DNA of 64,000 nucleotides. Source: Candidatus Latescibacterota bacterium (GTDB lineage Bacteria > Latescibacterota > UBA2968 > GCA-2709665). This document shows positions 59,087-64,000 of the stretch, piece after piece. The first letter of the stretch is position 1. Every line of letters starts with the position of its first letter. Location: positions 5,362,269 to 5,426,268 of the forward strand of contig CBDCOX010000002.1 in the NCBI GenBank assembly GCA_965219995.1, given 5' to 3'. Made by a program: the position numbers and the translations under genes. The notes under the pieces are model-generated. The model was given only the letters and a program-made list of their open reading frames with translations, searched no databases and was not told the origin of the DNA.

Positions 59087-60055
59087 TCAGTCCAGATGGC
59101 CGTCGAACCAGTCGGCGACCATGGCCAGCTCTTCGGCGTCCGGCTGCCAGCCATGGACGCCGCCCGCCTTCCGATGCAGCCGGTGCACCACCCCCTCGGA
59201 CCGGAACTTCTCCGCGATGCGCTCCGATTGCTGGAACGGCACGCGCTCATCCGCATCGCCGTGGATCAGCAGGGTGGGCGGATCGTCCGGGCTGACGTGG
59301 TAGTAGGGCGCGATATCGCGATAGTGCCGGGCCAGCCTTGCGGCGTCGGTCACCCTGGTCCGAAGGAACCTCTCGTCATCCTGTTCCACCAGGTCCAAGG
59401 CCTGCAGGGAGTTGTTGAACCCGCCCGGCGCGACCTGCTCTCCCAGGTAGTCGATTAAGAACGCGCCGTCCGTGCCATAGTTCAGGAAGTCCGTCGGCGG
59501 AAAGTAGGCCACGACCGCCTGGACCCGGCTGCTCTCCTCCGCCTGGGTCTCCGGTTCCTCGCTGCCCCTCGATCCCCTGGTGCCCTGGAGCAAGGCGAGA
59601 TGACCACCGGCGGATCCGCCCATGATGCCGATCCGCGCCGGATCGACTCCATAGCGTTCGCCGTGGTGACGGATGTGGCGAACCGCCGCACCGACATGTC
59701 CATGGATCTCCGGGATGGTGAACAGCGGCTCGGCGCCATGCACCACGTAGAACACCGTGTAGCCGCGCGCCAGCAGTTCCGTCGGGTTGAGGATGCTGCC
59801 GGCGGCAAGGCGAGGCAGCCGATCCGGGAGCTGCGGCACCAGAAAGTCGTGCCTGGACACCCATCTGCCGCTCACCACCGCGACCACCGCCGCGCCGTTG
59901 ACGTTTCCGACGGGCGCCACCCGGTCCATGGTGAGCGCATAACCGCCCTGCTTGCGGTAGATCAGATCCACATCGCGGGTGAAGGCCGGCTCATCCGCGG
60001 CAAGGCCCAGCGACAGCGCGGCAAGCACCGCAACCGCACACGCTCGATGGCGCAC
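59087..60055 (-). CDS. exported alpha/beta hydrolase (esterase-like)
   Basis: Signal peptide from GTG; GGSAGGHL, HGDADERV, GVHG. Confidence 0.85.
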   Translation of the reverse strand: MRHRACAVAVLAALSLGLAADEPAFTRDVDLIYRKQGGYALTMDRVAPVGNVNGAAVVAVVSGRWVSRHDFLVPQLPDRLPRLAAGSILNPTELLARGYTVFYVVHGAEPLFTIPEIHGHVGAAVRHIRHHGERYGVDPARIGIMGGSAGGHLALLQGTRGSRGSEEPETQAEESSRVQAVVAYFPPTDFLNYGTDGAFLIDYLGEQVAPGGFNNSLQALDLVEQDDERFLRTRVTDAARLARHYRDIAPYYHVSPDDPPTLLIHGDADERVPFQQSERIAEKFRSEGVVHRLHRKAGGVHGWQPDAEELAMVADWFDGHLD

Positions 60056-60069
60056 GGCGCGGGCGCCCG

Positions 60070-61365
60070 TCAGTCCCCGATCCCCGGCACCGGGAATCGC
60101 GCGCACGTCGTCTCCACCTCCGCCCGGATCCGCGCATGCACGGCCTCGTCCCCGTGGTGGCGCAGGGCCTCGAGCATCCAGCCGGCGAGCCGTTCCATCT
60201 CCTCCGGCCCCATCCCCCGGGTAGTGGCGGCCGGCGTCCCGAGGCGGATGCCGCTCGGCCGCAGCGGCGGGTTGGGATCGTCCGGGACGACCTGCTTGTT
60301 GGTGGTGATCGCCACCGCGTCGAGGGCCTCTTCGGCGACGCGCCCGTCGATGCCGAAACTTGCCACGGTATCGACCACCATCATGTGGTTCTCGGTACCG
60401 CCGGTCACCAGTTGGGCGCCGCCTTCCACCAGTGCGTTGGCGAGCACCTGGGCATTGGCGAGCACGCGCCGGGCGTAGTCCGCGAACTCGGGCTCCAGCG
60501 CCTTGCCGAGGGCGATGGCGACCGCGGCCACCTGGTTCATGTGCGGTCCCCCCTGCAGGCCCGGGAAGACGGACTGGTCGATCTTCCTGCGGAAGTCCTT
60601 CTTCGTCAGGATCATCCCGCCCCGGGGACCGCGCAGGGTCTTGTGCGTGGTGGTCGTGACGAAGTCGAAATCGTAGTCGCAGGGGTTGGACATGGCCTTG
60701 CCCGCGATGAGCCCGCCGATGTGGGACACGTCCGCCATCGTCATGGCGTCCACCTCGTCGGCGATCGACTTGAACTGCGCGTAGTCGTAGTCGCGGGGAT
60801 AGGAGGAGTAGCCGCAGACCACCAGCTTCGGCCGGTGACGCCGCGCCATCTCGCGAAGCTCGTCGAAGTCGATCCGGCCCTGGTTCGCGGGATCCGACTT
60901 GTAGCGGATCCAGTGGAACAGCTTGCCCATGTGCGACACCGGCGCGCCGTGGGTGAGGTGTCCGCCGTGCGAGAGGTCCATCCCCAGGACCGTGTCGCCA
61001 GGCTCGAGCACGCCCAGGTACACCGCCGCGTTCATCGGAGCGCCGGAGAGCGGCTGCACGTTGGCGTGCTCGGCCCCGAAGAGCTCCCGCGCCCGGTTGC
61101 GCGCGGTGCGCTCGATGACGTCGGTGTACTCCTGGCCGCCGTAGTAGCGCCGTCCCGGATAGCCCTCGGAGTACTTGTTCGTGAACACCGATCCCAGCGC
61201 CGCGAGCACCTCCGGGTAGGTATAGTTCTCCGACGGGATCAGCTCGATGCCCGCCCGTTCGCGGGCCTCCTCGCCCACCAGCGCCGCATGGATCTCCGGA
61301 TCGTGCTCGGCCAGCAGAAGGCGATTGCGGCGACTCGACGCGCCCCAATCCGTCGTTGACTGCAT
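60070..61365 (-). CDS. glyA: serine hydroxymethyltransferase
   Basis: LIPSEN, NKYSEGYPG.RYYGG, GGHLTHG, TTTHKTLRGPRGG, GIRLGT. Confidence 0.97.
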   Translation of the reverse strand: MQSTTDWGASSRRNRLLLAEHDPEIHAALVGEEARERAGIELIPSENYTYPEVLAALGSVFTNKYSEGYPGRRYYGGQEYTDVIERTARNRARELFGAEHANVQPLSGAPMNAAVYLGVLEPGDTVLGMDLSHGGHLTHGAPVSHMGKLFHWIRYKSDPANQGRIDFDELREMARRHRPKLVVCGYSSYPRDYDYAQFKSIADEVDAMTMADVSHIGGLIAGKAMSNPCDYDFDFVTTTTHKTLRGPRGGMILTKKDFRRKIDQSVFPGLQGGPHMNQVAAVAIALGKALEPEFADYARRVLANAQVLANALVEGGAQLVTGGTENHMMVVDTVASFGIDGRVAEEALDAVAITTNKQVVPDDPNPPLRPSGIRLGTPAATTRGMGPEEMERLAGWMLEALRHHGDEAVHARIRAEVETTCARFPVPGIGD

Positions 61366-61489
61366 GTTGCTTCCTCGAATGGCCCGACAGCGCGCCGGGT
61401 CACTGGCAGGGGAAGGCGGGCACTTTAACGGTTTCCCCACCCACGCGCAGCCGCGGAGCCGGGCTTGTCCGGCCGAGACGTCTCCGACG

Positions 61490-62284
61490 CTACGCGGAGC
61501 CCTCCGCAGCCGGTTCCGGTTCCGCCTCGTAGACCCGCAACCCGTCCGCCACGAACGGCACGGCCTGCGACCAGAGCCTCCCGTCGGCCCGGCGAATCGG
61601 TTCCCGGCTGTACTGGGGCAGATACACGCGGCGCGGCCGGTCCGTGGCGTTGGCGCCGCTCCGGTGCATGCTCGTGCTCAGGAACACCGCGATGCTGCCG
61701 GCCGGCGCCTCGATGAACTGGCCAGACTCGTCGCCCTCGTACCCCACGAGGTCGTTGGTGCCGGGTTCCTTGCGATGCGGCAAGACCGTGTTCCGCGGGC
61801 CCGCGAGCCCGTGCGGGAGGACCGAGATCGTGCCGTTCTCCCGGGACACGTCGTCGAGCGCGCACCAGCACGTGAGGTACGGCGCGTGGGGATTCTCCGG
61901 TTCCTGGAAACGTATGTAGCCCGAGTCCTGGTGCCAGGCGAAGCGCATGCCCTGCTCGGCGCCCTTGACGACCCACTGCTCGTGAAAGAGATAGACCGTC
62001 GGGCCGAGGAATGCCGTCGCCACCGCGTACAGCAGGTCCCCGAACAGGAACTCGGGCATGCGCGCGCTCTCGCGATAGCGGTTGGCGATGAAGTACCGGC
62101 GCCCGCGATGCGTGATGCCGTGCGTATCGGTGCCGCGCGACTCGAGCCAGCGGTCCGTGCGCTCGACGAAGCCGTCGCACTCCTCGCGCAGCATCGCGAG
62201 GGTGGCCTCGTCGATGGCGGATTCGAGCACGACGAAACCGTCCCGCTCGAAGGCGTGGTGCGCTGCCGAATCGATCTGGTACAT
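61490..62284 (-). CDS. phytanoyl-CoA dioxygenase (PhyH) family protein
   Basis: WHQDSGY, WCALDD..ENG, HRSGAN..RR; GGAGG SD. Confidence 0.9.
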   Translation of the reverse strand: MYQIDSAAHHAFERDGFVVLESAIDEATLAMLREECDGFVERTDRWLESRGTDTHGITHRGRRYFIANRYRESARMPEFLFGDLLYAVATAFLGPTVYLFHEQWVVKGAEQGMRFAWHQDSGYIRFQEPENPHAPYLTCWCALDDVSRENGTISVLPHGLAGPRNTVLPHRKEPGTNDLVGYEGDESGQFIEAPAGSIAVFLSTSMHRSGANATDRPRRVYLPQYSREPIRRADGRLWSQAVPFVADGLRVYEAEPEPAAEGSA

Positions 62285-62432
62285 CCGCCCTCCGGTTGCG
62301 GCGCCCGGAAACCTCGAAGCGCCCGCAGACCCGCCCAACGATAGGGCGTCACGCGTTCGGAAGGCAACGCGTCGCCGTTGACCCGCACCGCCGCGGCGAG
62401 AATAATCCGCCTGTCCTCGGGGAGCCCCGCCC

Positions 62433-63212
62433 ATCACGAAACTCCACGCAAGCGCCGGCCGCTTCCTCGCCTTGGCCACGGCGCTTGGCGCCGCAACCGC
62501 TGCGGCCGACGACGGGCTCTATCTCGGCCTCGCCGCCTCCGCCGCCTTCTACGACGTCGACTACAGCAAGGGCGTGGACAGCCGGCACCCCGGCAACGTG
62601 TCGGCCAACTCGGGGCGCATCTTATTCGCAAGCGATTCGGCGGACGACACGACCTGGGACGCCGGACTCGTGCTCGGCTATCGCCTCGGTCTGGGGACCG
62701 CCCTTCATCTGGACATCGAGGGAGACATCGTCACGCACGGCGGCGAGGCCTCCGGACGCCATCCCGGCGCGGGCGCGTCGCCGGGACGCAACCAGCTCGG
62801 CGAGGCATGGCCGGAAAGCTGGTCTCTCGCCAAGGACCGGAGCTACGGCATCACGGCGCGTCTCGGCGCACCCGTGCCCATGTTCGGGGCGGATCTCTCC
62901 GCGTTCGTCGGGGTCCGGCGTCTGGACGCGACCTTCCGGACCTCCTACACGGGATGTCTGCTCGTCACGGCGTGTTCTCCGGGCGAGTTCACGGACGGCC
63001 GGGAACGGCACGACGAGGAGTACGACGCTTGGGTGGCGGGGGTCGCGTTGGAGAAGTCTCTCGGCCCGGTCGGGTTGCGCGGCGAACTGCGCTACACGGA
63101 CCACGGCAGCTCGAAGCGCACGGTACGGTTCGACGATGTCGCCGTGACCGTGCCCGTGGACCTCGAGAGCGGGGAGATCGGACTCGGGGTGAGCCTGATC
63201 TGGCGTCCCTGA
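62433..63212 (+). CDS. outer-membrane beta-barrel protein; start ATC at 62433 or TTG at 62472
   Basis: GLYLG..LGYRL..LRGELRYTD..GLGVSLIW amphipathic strands; signal peptide; TTGACC-N17-AATAAT at 62378-62406. Confidence 0.75.
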   Translation: MTKLHASAGRFLALATALGAATAAADDGLYLGLAASAAFYDVDYSKGVDSRHPGNVSANSGRILFASDSADDTTWDAGLVLGYRLGLGTALHLDIEGDIVTHGGEASGRHPGAGASPGRNQLGEAWPESWSLAKDRSYGITARLGAPVPMFGADLSAFVGVRRLDATFRTSYTGCLLVTACSPGEFTDGRERHDEEYDAWVAGVALEKSLGPVGLRGELRYTDHGSSKRTVRFDDVAVTVPVDLESGEIGLGVSLIWRP

Positions 63213-63260
63213 CGCGTCTAGGTCCTATCCGGAACCGATAACGTCCAGACCGCTTCTCAG

Positions 63261-64000
63261 CTACCCGACCTCCTCCTCGCCTGTCGGGCCGGCGTGTATG
63301 ACATCAGTGACTCGGGGACTCAATAGGCGCCAACGCTGGCCGGCACGCTCCAGATCTCCCTCCAACACAATGGGCGCCTTCTCCTTGTGAGCCTGAATTG
63401 CGCGGTCGTAATCCGATTGCGTCAGCGCGGCCGTGACCGATCGCGGCGCGCCATCGACCGACGTGTCTAGGCTGATCGTCCCGGCGTCCTGTCCCTCCCC
63501 ACGCTTCAAAAGGCGCACAAAGCCGAACAACCGAGTTTCGGGTTGTGGCTCACGGTCTCGGAATGACGCGGCTGCTTGACGTAGGATTGGTGCGTCTCCT
63601 TCAGCGAAACCAACGACCCGCCTCTCCGGCTCGACCGGCCAAGTCCTAGCCCAAGCCACAGTGACATCGATGGTTGGAACGTGCCCAATCACCTTGACCA
63701 AGGCGTCACATAGATTGGCACTTACGCCTTTCTCGACGGCTCCAGCAAAGGCCGATCCGTCTCCTCCCGCAGTCATTTCCGTGGCGCTCCGAACCGCCAA
63801 GAGCGCTTCCGTGAGACGCCTCGTGACCCGCCTCTCTATCGGGAAGTCGGCCAAGTCATCGGCTTCGTTGAGCAGATTGGTCTGCATCGGCGGAGGCACT
63901 GGGGGTGTCAGCAAAGTGACGACGAAACTGCCGTGCTCGGTCTGGCCCAAGCGAACGCGGTTCACTAACTCCGTGGCGTCGCGGTTGGCCCCGGCACGAT
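63261..64000 (-). CDS. conserved hypothetical protein with OB-like C-terminus; 5' end outside window
   Basis: Frame open to edge; LGQTEHGSFVV, GVSANLCDAL, Y..AI.AH..I..EGDL. Confidence 0.7.
   Translation of the reverse strand, partial: RAGANRDATELVNRVRLGQTEHGSFVVTLLTPPVPPPMQTNLLNEADDLADFPIERRVTRRLTEALLAVRSATEMTAGGDGSAFAGAVEKGVSANLCDALVKVIGHVPTIDVTVAWARTWPVEPERRVVGFAEGDAPILRQAAASFRDREPQPETRLFGFVRLLKRGEGQDAGTISLDTSVDGAPRSVTAALTQSDYDRAIQAHKEKAPIVLEGDLERAGQRWRLLSPRVTDVIHAGPTGEEEVG

Noticed and set aside
59087-61348. 753-aa hydrolase or fusion with glyA
   Set aside because: Upstream part is an off-frame overlap with glyA; hydrolase starts near 60055
61366-61489. ZTP (pfl) riboswitch upstream of glyA
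   Set aside because: Conserved GACTGGCG and GCCTGGGC elements not found
1-64000. CRISPR array, rRNA, IS with terminal repeats, reverse transcriptase
   Set aside because: No spaced direct repeats or diagnostic motifs seen by eye

Overview
High-GC proteobacterial chromosome segment. A Gammaproteobacterium is probable (gamma/beta-type LexA box, polB), and a sponge-type symbiont is inferred from a secreted ankyrin-repeat gene and an Rpn/DUF4351 gene. Positions 1-18.9 kb are a dense cluster of exported peptide/amide hydrolases: a GGT-like gene, three S9 peptidases, a Tat serine hydrolase, CocE, a DUF885 lipoprotein and an MFS transporter. One S9 peptidase is fused in frame to a cyclophilin prolyl isomerase. 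The cluster is interrupted by an orphan DNA methyltransferase preceded by a LexA box and by an Rpn nuclease gene with an internal antitoxin-type start. Positions 19-24.3 kb are a more AT-rich islet with higBA, small coupled ORFs, a TM-HEPN chimera and a broken ankyrin gene. The middle region holds dipeptidases, acyl-CoA enzymes, two TonB-dependent receptors, two AAA ATPases each preceded by a perfect palindrome, tRNA-Val(CAC), an RRM gene with a structured leader, modABC and polB. Positions 51.6-58 kb are a defence islet with an AlbA/Schlafen protein and a coupled MTase-MTase-PLD nuclease operon. The window ends with SDR, hydrolase, glyA, PhyH, an OM beta-barrel and a partial hypothetical gene. 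All calls come from motif reading by eye; no searches were run.
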